DNA from: a virus
Taxonomy: Duplodnaviria; Caudoviricetes
Reading direction: 5' to 3' (one strand)
Virus record (IMG/VR): IMGVR_UViG_3300033149_002181
Location: 1 to 52,861 of that record
DNA length: 52,861 nt
Shown: one piece after another, positions 19,860 to 28,506 of the stretch
Layout: each line of letters starts with the position of its first letter
Position numbering within the stretch: position 1 is the stretch's first letter
Notes under the pieces: model-generated
Databases searched by the model: none
Told to the model about the DNA's origin: nothing
What the model saw: only the letters and a program-made list of their open reading frames with translations
Made by a program: the position numbers and the translations under genes

Positions 19860-21131
19860 TCATTCTTCTATACCTTCACTGGGTAGATTTGCCACCTCTA
19901 ATAAGTACTTCTCAAGTTCTTTGTTCGGGAATAAAGGCATTCCCGCCATCGCCAGTCGGGATATGAAATTGCTTAATTCCTCCAGACTAATGGACTCAAT
20001 GTCTCCATGCCTCAGCTCAGGATATTTTTCTATTTTGAATTCGTTCAACTTAAATAACCTCGGTACTGCATGAGTATTCAGCACGGCTTCAATTTCATCC
20101 AGAAAGGCGCCTATTGCAACGGCGAAAAGCTCCGTTTTTGAGCTTGCCAGTGCGAAACTACCCACCTTCTGAGTCCCCAACATAATAAAGTCCGCCAGTA
20201 CTGTTTGTGCTATCTGCGTATTATACCGTTGGATAATGGTGCTGGTATCGAACTGTCGTCTGCCTCCGGTAGAAAGCAACTGTATATCGTACAGCTTATT
20301 TCCTTCTTCATCATAGGCCAGCGGCATAACAATTCCTTCCTGCTGATCCCGGCGGATCTTGGTTACCAGACTCTTAAACGCATTTAGGACCGTAGTTTCA
20401 GCGTCTGTTGACGGATTTGCTACGTTAGGCGGTACCCAGACAACGGGGAGTCCAGCTAAATCGCGCTCTACACCGATACCCTCAATAGTCTCAATATTTT
20501 TCTTGAAATACCAGGGTTTGTAACAATTCCTCAGCATGCTCCGCCCCTGTGGCGAATTCTTCATCGATTCTGTCCTGAAAAGGAGCAGCTTCTCAATCGG
20601 TATCTCCCGGAGCTTATAGTCTGGCGGCGCTACTTGTCTTATGCCTTGGATCCCGCCTTCCTCATCGAATATCCATTCTTGTATTGAGTCTTGACTGCGA
20701 ATCGAAAACTTCCGCCAGCCTATTCTGCCGTCGTTATATTTGCTACGTTTTCTAGGATCCTGATTGTCTCCCAATCGACGCTTATATACAATCTCAAAAA
20801 CCGAGTAACCGTACACCAACATAGATAAAACTTCGCTTATGAAGTCCTGCCATGAATGGCTAGTATCATGGATACATTCCTCCAGAAACCTGGCTGCTTC
20901 TCTATCGGCGTTGCTGGCACCTGCTGCGTCAACCCGCCATGGAACTTGACGACATAGCATCCTTATGGCGAAAAGAATGGCACCGATTATCGGGTCGTTA
21001 TCAGCCATCTCCCTGTACACACGAGTAGCTTTAACGCCTTGTAAATCTGGAAGCCACTCTTCATATATATTTCCGCCCCATCTACTAAGGCCCGTAGATC
21101 CTAACATAGTATACAAGTCTATTTTAGCCAA
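19860..21131 (-). CDS. Portal protein (DUF935/Mu gp29-like)
   Basis: After TerL; YGYSVFEIVY, PQGRSMLR, ERDLAGLP and GSFALA motifs. Confidence 0.88.
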   Translation of the reverse strand: MAKIDLYTMLGSTGLSRWGGNIYEEWLPDLQGVKATRVYREMADNDPIIGAILFAIRMLCRQVPWRVDAAGASNADREAARFLEECIHDTSHSWQDFISEVLSMLVYGYSVFEIVYKRRLGDNQDPRKRSKYNDGRIGWRKFSIRSQDSIQEWIFDEEGGIQGIRQVAPPDYKLREIPIEKLLLFRTESMKNSPQGRSMLRNCYKPWYFKKNIETIEGIGVERDLAGLPVVWVPPNVANPSTDAETTVLNAFKSLVTKIRRDQQEGIVMPLAYDEEGNKLYDIQLLSTGGRRQFDTSTIIQRYNTQIAQTVLADFIMLGTQKVGSFALASSKTELFAVAIGAFLDEIEAVLNTHAVPRLFKLNEFKIEKYPELRHGDIESISLEELSNFISRLAMAGMPLFPNKELEKYLLEVANLPSEGIEE

Positions 21132-21134
21132 CTT

Positions 21135-22484
21135 TTATCGCCTCCAGCGGCTTTCACCGTCGATGCCAACAGGCGAGAGAATCGGCGTCTGCATGCCAGA
21201 CTTTACTGCCCAGCATGCTAATGCCAGACTCATCACACAGTCGTCATGCCGACCTTCCGGTGCTTCGGGCCGTACGTTCATTCCACGTCGTACCCGCCGG
21301 AAAAATCGAAGCTCATCCCTTATGGTTGTATTACTTGTCGGTAGAAGCAGCTTTTTTTGTTCGACCTGGATCATCAAGTTTGAAATAAGCTCCTCTCGGC
21401 TGCGTTGCGTGAATACAAACGGCACGCAGTCCTGTACCTGCTCCGCTACAGGATCGCCTACGCCCGTAGCATCAAGATAAACCTTAGCCGCATACTTTGA
21501 CTGCAGATTGTTCACTTGGGCCACAATATCACCGTAAAGCCTGCTGCGGTAGCGATACCACTCGACGATCCTGTATGGTGTCATTGTTATGTCCAATACT
21601 GTTATAACCGTGTAATCTTGATATTTTGCTAAATCCACACCGATGCTGTATACATGGCCTTGCTCCCGCGCGCCCTCAGGTCTATAATCTTCAAACACGT
21701 GCTGGAGAACTGACCAAGGAAAAACTATTGTATCGTCATCGATGAACTCCGCTAAGTACTCTACCCGGAAAGCTAACTCAGGAACTTCTTTGCGAATTCG
21801 TTCAACTTCTTCCAAATCCAGACGGGGGTTATCGAAAACCGTGGCATGAAAGCTTCGGTAGTAACCACTGGCATCATTTAACCCCTGTTGATAGAGCTGA
21901 TATATATATCCCTGGTTACCGTTAGGTGTGGTTTCAGCCCGGATTTTCCCTTTCCGATCTAGAACCATAGCCCTAATGACATCGTTATAAACTTTATCCT
22001 TTACGAATGCAGCTTCGGTAATGACAACTCCATCCGCACCTTTACCTCGGAGATAAACCCCGTCCCGGGCAGTAGACCGCGCCATAATCCGGCTCCCGTT
22101 GATAAGTTCAACTTTCGGAAAAGGAGACCACTTAAATTTTTTCCCCGGCACCAAAATGGAAAGCAGCGGGTTTTCCATCCGCTGCTCAAGCTCGCTAAAA
22201 TATATTTTCGCCTGATCCATACTGGGAGCCGTGATATACCAGCGCTGTTTTTGCTTAGTGGCGCATTCATGAAGTATATCCACCAAGGTAGTTAAAGTTT
22301 TACCGAAGCGTCGGCCAGCTACTTTTACTGAGACCTTGCCACCCAAGTTAACCGCCTTGGACTGTTTTTCTTCCAAAACCACGCCTAGAAACTTTTCAGC
22401 GAAATAAACTTTATCATTGCGACACCTTTTAAGCACATCTCTGGCCTTCCGTTGTTGCTCAACCGTCCATATCATCATCATCAT
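21135..22484 (-). CDS. terL: Terminase large subunit
   Basis: Walker A AGRRFGKT, LRG..AD, TTPNG motif C, nuclease GVDLA, DATGVG and HDDCVMSLALA; start probably in the MMMM run (22475-22484). Confidence 0.93.
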   Translation of the reverse strand: MMMMIWTVEQQRKARDVLKRCRNDKVYFAEKFLGVVLEEKQSKAVNLGGKVSVKVAGRRFGKTLTTLVDILHECATKQKQRWYITAPSMDQAKIYFSELEQRMENPLLSILVPGKKFKWSPFPKVELINGSRIMARSTARDGVYLRGKGADGVVITEAAFVKDKVYNDVIRAMVLDRKGKIRAETTPNGNQGYIYQLYQQGLNDASGYYRSFHATVFDNPRLDLEEVERIRKEVPELAFRVEYLAEFIDDDTIVFPWSVLQHVFEDYRPEGAREQGHVYSIGVDLAKYQDYTVITVLDITMTPYRIVEWYRYRSRLYGDIVAQVNNLQSKYAAKVYLDATGVGDPVAEQVQDCVPFVFTQRSREELISNLMIQVEQKKLLLPTSNTTIRDELRFFRRVRRGMNVRPEAPEGRHDDCVMSLALACWAVKSGMQTPILSPVGIDGESRWRR

Positions 22485-22965
22485 CCCAAAGTGATTGAAA
22501 AGCGTCGACCAAACGGGATTGCGGGTCATCACCGATAAGTTCTTGCCGTGTTCGCATTGCCTGGCGTATTTCGCTCTGCAACTTCTCCCGTAGCTGGACC
22601 AGTGCAAGTGGCGGATTTCTCCTCTCTTTAATGAGGTCTTTTAGCCAAGCTTGTGTTGCTCGACTAAGTTCATAGTTATCCGTTATAGTAGCATCCAATA
22701 TTTCAACGTCACTCAGCCTTTTCTTGACCTGCTGTTGCATTTGTTCCTGGCTCTTCCAGTACTGCTCCCTAACTTCAGCTTTAATGTCAAAATGTTCATT
22801 CATGTGTTTCCAGATGGACTGGTGGCTTATTTTTTCCCCATGATCTTCAAACAGCTTTACAGATGCGGCTCTGGGACTAAGACCTTCCTCTTTGCACCAT
22901 TTTTCTATTTCAGCCCGGCGCTGACTGTTGCATACCTTGCACCGGGAAGAATATCCAGTCGGCAC
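22459..22965 (-). CDS. Putative terminase small subunit
   Basis: Directly upstream of terL; CKVC...H..H plus HTH-like region; GTG start at 22965 after AGGAGGTGG. Confidence 0.65.
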   Translation of the reverse strand: MPTGYSSRCKVCNSQRRAEIEKWCKEEGLSPRAASVKLFEDHGEKISHQSIWKHMNEHFDIKAEVREQYWKSQEQMQQQVKKRLSDVEILDATITDNYELSRATQAWLKDLIKERRNPPLALVQLREKLQSEIRQAMRTRQELIGDDPQSRLVDAFQSLWDDDDDMDG

Positions 22966-22989
22966 ACCGGGCCACCTCCTTGTTCGTTG

Positions 22990-23065
22990 TTCGTGTTCGT
23001 GTTGTTTGTGTTCGTGTTGTTTGTGTTCGTGTTGTTTGTGTTCGTGTTGTTTGTGTTCGTGTTCG
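22990..23065. repeat. 15-bp tandem repeat (gttcgtgttgtttgt), about 4 copies plus partials
   Basis: Read directly from the sequence; lies upstream of the terS RBS. Confidence 0.9.
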
Positions 23066-23092
23066 ATTGCCCAGCACGTTCTTGCCCAATAG

Positions 23093-23118
23093 AAAAACCC
23101 TGCCGTTATGACAGGATT
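23093..23118 (-). terminator. Intrinsic terminator-like hairpin upstream of terS
   Basis: CCTGTC-ATAAC-GGCAGG then GTTTTT on the minus strand. Confidence 0.55.
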
Positions 23119-23330
23119 GGAGTTTCGCGCCCCAAACATTGCCCGGAGCTTTGCCAGAACCTAAGACTCATCTTGTGATACGGGTCACGATACACCTCCG
23201 CGACAGTCACCTGTAACCGGGCAGTTAGGACTATGGCTCGTATCACATAATGGTCCCTTAACATTTTTTAGTTTCGGGGGTTTACTCACCTACCCACCAT
23301 TCGGTGTATCAGTGAAACCATTTTATTATA

Positions 23331-23462
23331 GTGATACGGGCAAGGATTTGCACCTTGCATGATAACGCAAACCACTTAGATAGGGGTCTAAGTCCCTTTG
23401 ACACATTCCTTAATGCGCTATCTAACCTCCACCAGCGTCTACCTATTCCGCCACCGTATCAC
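23331..23462 (-). ncRNA. tRNA-like structured RNA lacking a canonical anticodon arm
   Basis: 9-bp acceptor-like stem GTGATACGG/CCGTATCAC; Leu-type D arm TGGCGGAATAGGTAGACGC; T arm GCAAGG-TGCAAAT-CCTTGC; branched insert of about 75 nt. Confidence 0.75.
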
Positions 23463-23647
23463 CTTATACTGGTTCTCCTAACATTTTTCAGTTCTTGTTT
23501 AAAGCATACTGCATATCTTTTACCTAACAAAACCATCCAAGCATCTTTAAGTCGAATTTTTAATGAATTCCATATGATAGGTTTTGCTATATACCATTTA
23601 CCGTCTATTTCTACTTGGTTATCGACTAAAGTGTCAATTAAAATCAC
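23459..23647 (-). CDS. Hypothetical phage protein
   Basis: RBS GGAGGAG; IDGKWYIAKP...RLKDAW.VL.GK pattern. Confidence 0.55.
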   Translation of the reverse strand: MILIDTLVDNQVEIDGKWYIAKPIIWNSLKIRLKDAWMVLLGKRYAVCFKQELKNVRRTSIR

Positions 23648-23800
23648 TTCTTTTTTCTCCTCCCTCTAAAAAAAATAAATTTTTACCGCTTTCTCCTGCG
23701 GCCTCCTGCATTGCATCGGGTTTAATCTTCATGCAGACCCACCGGTTCATCCACAAATCAACCCGTAAGCATTGTGGTCACCCGGTTTTCACACATCCTA

Positions 23801-24064
23801 TTATACTCGCTCCCAAATTGCCACATAAAAATAACCTGCCGGAAACTTATATACACTCATTAATTTAAATAAAATTTCTTTCGGAATTTCCCAATGCCCA
23901 TTTTCGTACATGCATAATGTACCTAAATCAATTCCTAATTGTTCAGCAGCTTCTTCCAAAGTTAAACCCCTGGCTTGTCTGGCATCAACAAGACGCTCTG
24001 GAACAATATAGTCAACTATTTCTCGTTTTCTAACACGTACTTTAAAATCATGAAATAAACTCAT
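23801..24064 (-). CDS. XRE-family HTH protein
   Basis: RLVDARQARGLTLEEAAEQLGI...YENG. Confidence 0.8.
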   Translation of the reverse strand: MSLFHDFKVRVRKREIVDYIVPERLVDARQARGLTLEEAAEQLGIDLGTLCMYENGHWEIPKEILFKLMSVYKFPAGYFYVAIWERV

Positions 24065-24309
24065 TTTTAATGTTCCCTAATATGTTATTTTTCTGAATTA
24101 AATTTTATTTCCTCAACTTGAATCTGCTTTCCCTCCGGCATCATTCGAATCCCGTCTATAATAGCACTCATAATTCGTGCAGTATTTATTTCTTTGGGGA
24201 ATTTAATAATACAATCAATTTTTATTTTCATTACTGCTATTTCCTTTTAAAATATTTTTAAGCGGAGGAGTGGGGAGCTCCCTGTATGGAAAAACAGATA
24301 ACCTGATTT

Positions 24310-25002
24310 TTACCATCCTTTTCGGATAGCTCTCTCTGATACCACTATAGCACAGAAACATACCCTCTGTAGTATTGAATTTGTATGGAACGTGATTTTT
24401 TTAACAAAACATCGATACTTCGGGGAAAATAGAGATATTATGTATGCCCAGACATCCTCCCCTTTCCAACCAAAAACCGGTCGGCATTTCCATATTTCCT
24501 CCGTCTTTGAAAAATAAAACAATCCATATTTACCACTGTATTTTCGGCCTAAACTTTCCTCTCCTCGTAAACCAAATATTAAACAATCTATATCAAATTC
24601 GTTAATTGCTTTCTTTATACCGGCCATTAAATTATTTTTTAAAATTTCACGTTTGATATTACTTAACCCGCCTGCTTCCCGATATATTTCAAAAATTTCT
24701 TTCGGCGTTTTAACTCGATGATAATTCAATTTATACTTTTGCGCATAATTATCATACATTTCAACAGCTTCTTCTAAATCTCCGCCTTGACCCCGATCGA
24801 TATTTATAATCAATATATCCGGCTTAATCTGCCTTGCAATATCCACACAAACAAGACTATCTTTGCCAAAACTAAAACTAACTGCTGGATTTCGGCATGT
24901 TTTAATCGCTTGTTTAAGCGCATTTTGCGCTTCTTCCAAGCGGCGCTTAAATCTTGGTAATAACGCTGTCATAAAATACTGATCTTTTTGCCATTGTTCC
25001 AT
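24310..25002 (-). CDS. cysH: CysH-like PAPS reductase family protein associated with type IV-B Cas; C-terminus possibly truncated
   Basis: PP-loop VSFSFGKDS, GLRGEES..R and CRPVFGWKGEDVWAYI motifs. Confidence 0.85.
   Translation of the reverse strand: MEQWQKDQYFMTALLPRFKRRLEEAQNALKQAIKTCRNPAVSFSFGKDSLVCVDIARQIKPDILIINIDRGQGGDLEEAVEMYDNYAQKYKLNYHRVKTPKEIFEIYREAGGLSNIKREILKNNLMAGIKKAINEFDIDCLIFGLRGEESLGRKYSGKYGLFYFSKTEEIWKCRPVFGWKGEDVWAYIISLFSPKYRCFVKKITFHTNSILQRVCFCAIVVSERAIRKGW
24344..24390 (-). promoter_or_regulatory. Putative late promoter (extended -10 TGCTATAGT)
   Basis: TGn-TATAGT without a clear -35, pointing towards the packaging genes. Confidence 0.4.
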
Positions 25003-25871
25003 CTCCTATACCCCCAGACAGTGTAAAGAATCATCGGCATAACAATAAATATCCGCGCCGTCGCATACCATGTCCATATCTGCGTCGCTGTTTTAGTTGC
25101 AAATAATGGCCATGAAAATAATGCGGCAACGGATATAACAACTGCCAATATGTCACCAGATAGATCTTGCAATGCCGCAATACATGAATCGAGTGTCGAC
25201 GTTGCCACGGCTATGATTATAATCGCAAATAATATTTGTGAAATTGCGCCTTGAGATAGAAAGGCGAAAAATACCAGGCTTAAATATAGGCCAAAAGCCA
25301 AAGATGCCAAAAGCCACGGATTGACACCTTTAATCCTTTCTGCACGTTGAAATTGCTGGCCGTCGAGAAATGGCCCGGCCATCAATCCTATACAAGCAGA
25401 TACAACCCAGCTAACATTAACCGGCTGATAATTTAAAACATTAAGATTAAATTTGCCTGTCAAAATAACAAGCACCAATCCACCAACCATAGCTAAATAT
25501 TGCCATTGATCACTTTCAACAGAAAACTTAAATTTATATTTATATGTCAGAAGAAATATTATGGTCGCGACAGTAGTTGCCCATCCGTTGCCAATATAAG
25601 TTGCCATGATCCTAATATTAATCCATATACAAAATATTTGTATCCCAATCATAGCTAATTTGATAAATATACTATTCTTTAATTTGATATAACCCGGATA
25701 TTTTCTTACGAACGCCCCATAAATAAATAGTGATAAAATGTTACATACCGCCCATGGCAGAAAAGAATGTAAGCCCATAGTTTTTAAAATACTAAAGCTC
25801 ACGCCCAAACTAACTCCCCAGGCCCAGGAAGCGGCTGCACTAATACCTAATTTAAACTGTTTGATTTGCAT
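24969..25871 (-). CDS. Polytopic membrane protein, sodium:solute symporter-like
   Basis: About 9-10 hydrophobic segments; SAAASWAWG, SVESDQWQY, GPFLDGQQFQRA and STLDS resemble SSS-family motifs. Confidence 0.6.
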   Translation of the reverse strand: MQIKQFKLGISAAASWAWGVSLGVSFSILKTMGLHSFLPWAVCNILSLFIYGAFVRKYPGYIKLKNSIFIKLAMIGIQIFCIWINIRIMATYIGNGWATTVATIIFLLTYKYKFKFSVESDQWQYLAMVGGLVLVILTGKFNLNVLNYQPVNVSWVVSACIGLMAGPFLDGQQFQRAERIKGVNPWLLASLAFGLYLSLVFFAFLSQGAISQILFAIIIIAVATSTLDSCIAALQDLSGDILAVVISVAALFSWPLFATKTATQIWTWYATARIFIVMPMILYTVWGYRRWNNGKKISIL

Positions 25872-26526
25872 TGCATGCTAACCTCCGATCGTTTGGTATT
25901 AATACTCTCGTCCACTGCCACGCAAGCCAATATGGTGAACGAATACCCATTTCAACATCTCCGTTTTCATCGGGAATGGCCCGGAGGTAAGAAAGATCCT
26001 CCGGCCACTCCCCGACTGTCCAACGTACCACTCGTCCAAACCCCTGGCTACGTTTTTTACCGATGTGAGTCACGTATTTTAGCAATATTTCTATTTTGTT
26101 TTTTTCTCCTACTGCATACCATTCCAGCTTTGGCATAAGATATGTCACCAGCGGCATTCGATAGTTTTTATATTGACCTGACTTAACATTGACCTTTCCG
26201 CGTTTTTTGCCGAAGTCAATGTATTTCTGCGCGTCATCAAAATCCAATCTTTTATGCCAGTGCACTATCTCTTCGCGTTGCGGTTTTCCGCAGGCAAACG
26301 AACAAGCCCAATACCAGTCATCATCTTCGCCTCGTTTTTCAAGCGGTAAATCAGGGACTATTAAATTTTCCGGCATAATACTGCTTTGAGAAGCAATCAT
26401 AGCTTCAGGGTGATTCAATCTAATCCAAACCTCAGCCAGAATTGAGTCGAGAGGCAGAAAAAGATCATATGTTGCTATTTTCCCAGTCTGCATATATGCA
26501 GTAATTTTCAGTGGTTGCATATTCAT
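25852..26526 (-). CDS. csf3: Type IV CRISPR-associated Csf3 (Cas5 group RAMP)
   Basis: PLKITA...LPLDSILA, WACS, G.YKNYRMP, WYAVG, G-rich loop IGKKRSQGFGRV, RSPYW. Confidence 0.88.
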   Translation of the reverse strand: MNMQPLKITAYMQTGKIATYDLFLPLDSILAEVWIRLNHPEAMIASQSSIMPENLIVPDLPLEKRGEDDDWYWACSFACGKPQREEIVHWHKRLDFDDAQKYIDFGKKRGKVNVKSGQYKNYRMPLVTYLMPKLEWYAVGEKNKIEILLKYVTHIGKKRSQGFGRVVRWTVGEWPEDLSYLRAIPDENGDVEMGIRSPYWLAWQWTRVLIPNDRRLACNANQTV

Positions 26527-27506
26527 CCTCCTATGGCGCGAATTAACGAGTCTCGTTTTTCCTCCAGATACCCAGCGTATCGGTTGAGAAACTCATCATA
26601 TTTCACCTTCGCGTCCTTCGCCGATTCAGCGAGAAAACATTTTCCGTCAGCCACACTCAAAAACGGTTCTTTTCCTTCGCCGAATAGCTCAATTTGCATA
26701 TCGACTTTTACTTTTCCCATTCCGATCCGTGCCTGTCCGCCGATGTATGGCTGCTTGGACCATTCAACGATTGCTGCCACGAAGGCGCCGAGCTCAATTT
26801 CGGTCATATCCTGAAAGACGGTTTCCTGCCATAACACAGAACCCCGGCATAATACCTCAATCATGTACCGCATCTGCTCTGGTCTATCTTTCTTCTTCTC
26901 TTTCTTCTCGTCTCCTGAGTCAAGCATCAAGGCGGCTTGTCCGCCGGTAAGTTTCGGAGTGTCATCGCTCTGGAGATATGGCCGGAGCAGATCATCTTTC
27001 GCATCGTCCTTCCGGCTATAACTAATTTCCGTTGTCATTTGCCGCCATGATAATTTCCGGTTCCCGGGAACCTCCTGTGGTATAATATGCGCCAGCTCTC
27101 TGCACACCGGCAACCCCTCACCAACAGCCAATTTCCCGGGCAACAGCATGTTTCCGACTCCACCGCCGAACACTGACAGGTGGGGTATTTGCTCCCTTAT
27201 CCGCCGTGCCTGATCAATATCGATTGACTGATCGCCACCGATTGCTCCACCTGAGAAAAACAGATAAAACATCTCAAGCGGAATCTGTAACGTTACACCG
27301 CTCCCTAATTTGTCCAGCATGTACCGGGCTCCCGAATCCCGCCACACGCCACGCAGAGCGTTCCCGGAGTATACGAATACCTGAGCGATATTTCCCTCCG
27401 CGTCCAGAATGTCCTGGGTTGACAAGTATGAATTCGGTCCGATACTCTCCCCAATATGCGATAAGGGACTTAATAGTGTAAAAACCGTTTCTATTCTACC
27501 GTTCAT
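26523..27506 (-). CDS. csf2: Type IV CRISPR-associated Csf2 (Cas7 backbone)
   Basis: LLSPLSH, YSGNALRG, LFFSGG, SVFGG, G-loop IGGQARIGMG; start MNGRIE at 27506 with GGAGGAG RBS. Confidence 0.9.
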   Translation of the reverse strand: MNGRIETVFTLLSPLSHIGESIGPNSYLSTQDILDAEGNIAQVFVYSGNALRGVWRDSGARYMLDKLGSGVTLQIPLEMFYLFFSGGAIGGDQSIDIDQARRIREQIPHLSVFGGGVGNMLLPGKLAVGEGLPVCRELAHIIPQEVPGNRKLSWRQMTTEISYSRKDDAKDDLLRPYLQSDDTPKLTGGQAALMLDSGDEKKEKKKDRPEQMRYMIEVLCRGSVLWQETVFQDMTEIELGAFVAAIVEWSKQPYIGGQARIGMGKVKVDMQIELFGEGKEPFLSVADGKCFLAESAKDAKVKYDEFLNRYAGYLEEKRDSLIRAIGG

Positions 27507-27981
27507 AAATAATCTCCTCCTCGTCTTCTTTGATAATTCCACTGACCTCAAGCGGTTTTTCTCTTTCAAGCCGGTCGCGGACTAACGCAATTACCCATGA
27601 TGTTTTTTGATATAAAATCTCCAGAATCGGTCCATGGTTCACTTGCTCCAGAATCCCAACCCAAAATTGCCGACGGCCTTTGTCTTGTTTTTGAATCAGC
27701 TCGCCGGTTTCTCTATCGACCGCCATTGTTATTGTTTCCGGGTCAGTCGCCATCCACTTGGGTTTCAGAGTAGAGCACATCAGCCGGGGTTTGAGTTTTT
27801 CGATGAAATCATGTAGATCTAACGCCCGCTTTGCGCTGCTCTTGCAAGCCCTCTCAATAATTCCCCACATGTCAGGGGTTACTTTAAAACGTTTCATGTC
27901 ACGGCTTCTGTAAATGCCGTATATAATTAAAGCCCCGATAGCCGCGTCTTCTGAATTCGTCTCGAATCCGTAATACATCAA
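27496..27981 (-). CDS. cas11: Putative Cas11 small subunit of the type IV-B complex
   Basis: 161-aa helical protein directly upstream of csf2, where IV-B loci carry the small subunit. Confidence 0.6.
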   Translation of the reverse strand: MMYYGFETNSEDAAIGALIIYGIYRSRDMKRFKVTPDMWGIIERACKSSAKRALDLHDFIEKLKPRLMCSTLKPKWMATDPETITMAVDRETGELIQKQDKGRRQFWVGILEQVNHGPILEILYQKTSWVIALVRDRLEREKPLEVSGIIKEDEEEIIYER

Positions 27982-28394
27982 ATTTCCTCCTCTCGCCTTT
28001 TAATCTCATTTAAAAATCCCGTTTTACGTGCTATTTTAAGGATCCGCGCAGGATTCATACAAAAAGACAGCACTTTCAAAACCTGCTGTTTTTCTGGATC
28101 ACCGCGGATCGCTGCCCTCCGTCGACTAAAAAATATTTCCACCGCATTCTGGCTACGATTAAGCCTCCTGGCTATGTAATCATAACTTTTACCCATTGAG
28201 TATAACTTGATCGCAATTTCTTTTTCCAGCTCTGTCCATCGGCGGACGGGCCGGCGGATAATGCCTGCTTTTTTTAGGTATCGTTCAACAGTGGTATGAG
28301 AGATATTAAGCACTGAAGCTGTTTGACGGATAGTTTTCCCGCCTTGAATCAAAAGAATAATCTTCTGTCGTTTTGCGTCGCTTATTTTTTGCAT
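27978..28394 (-). CDS. Double-HTH DNA-binding protein
   Basis: Two HTH-like units (GKTIRQTASVLNISHTTVERY; GKSYDYIARRLNRSQNAV); likely start MQKIS. Confidence 0.7.
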   Translation of the reverse strand: MQKISDAKRQKIILLIQGGKTIRQTASVLNISHTTVERYLKKAGIIRRPVRRWTELEKEIAIKLYSMGKSYDYIARRLNRSQNAVEIFFSRRRAAIRGDPEKQQVLKVLSFCMNPARILKIARKTGFLNEIKRREEEI

Positions 28395-28506
28395 TTTGCG
28401 CCCCTTCCCGCTCTTTAATATTGTCACTATTGGTAAGTGAGATTCCAAGCCATATGCTTTGTAAATTGCCTAACTGCGTGCGGAGTCACAAAATATTTTC
28501 CGGCTA

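Noticed and set aside
22981-23065. Possible CRISPR array for the type IV system
   Set aside because: Contiguous 15-bp tandem units with no unique spacers. No repeat-spacer array was seen elsewhere in the window by eye.
22966-23139. His-rich HEHKQ N-terminal extension of TerS
   Set aside because: A strong RBS precedes GTG 22965; the extension is the translated tandem repeat and crosses a terminator-like hairpin.
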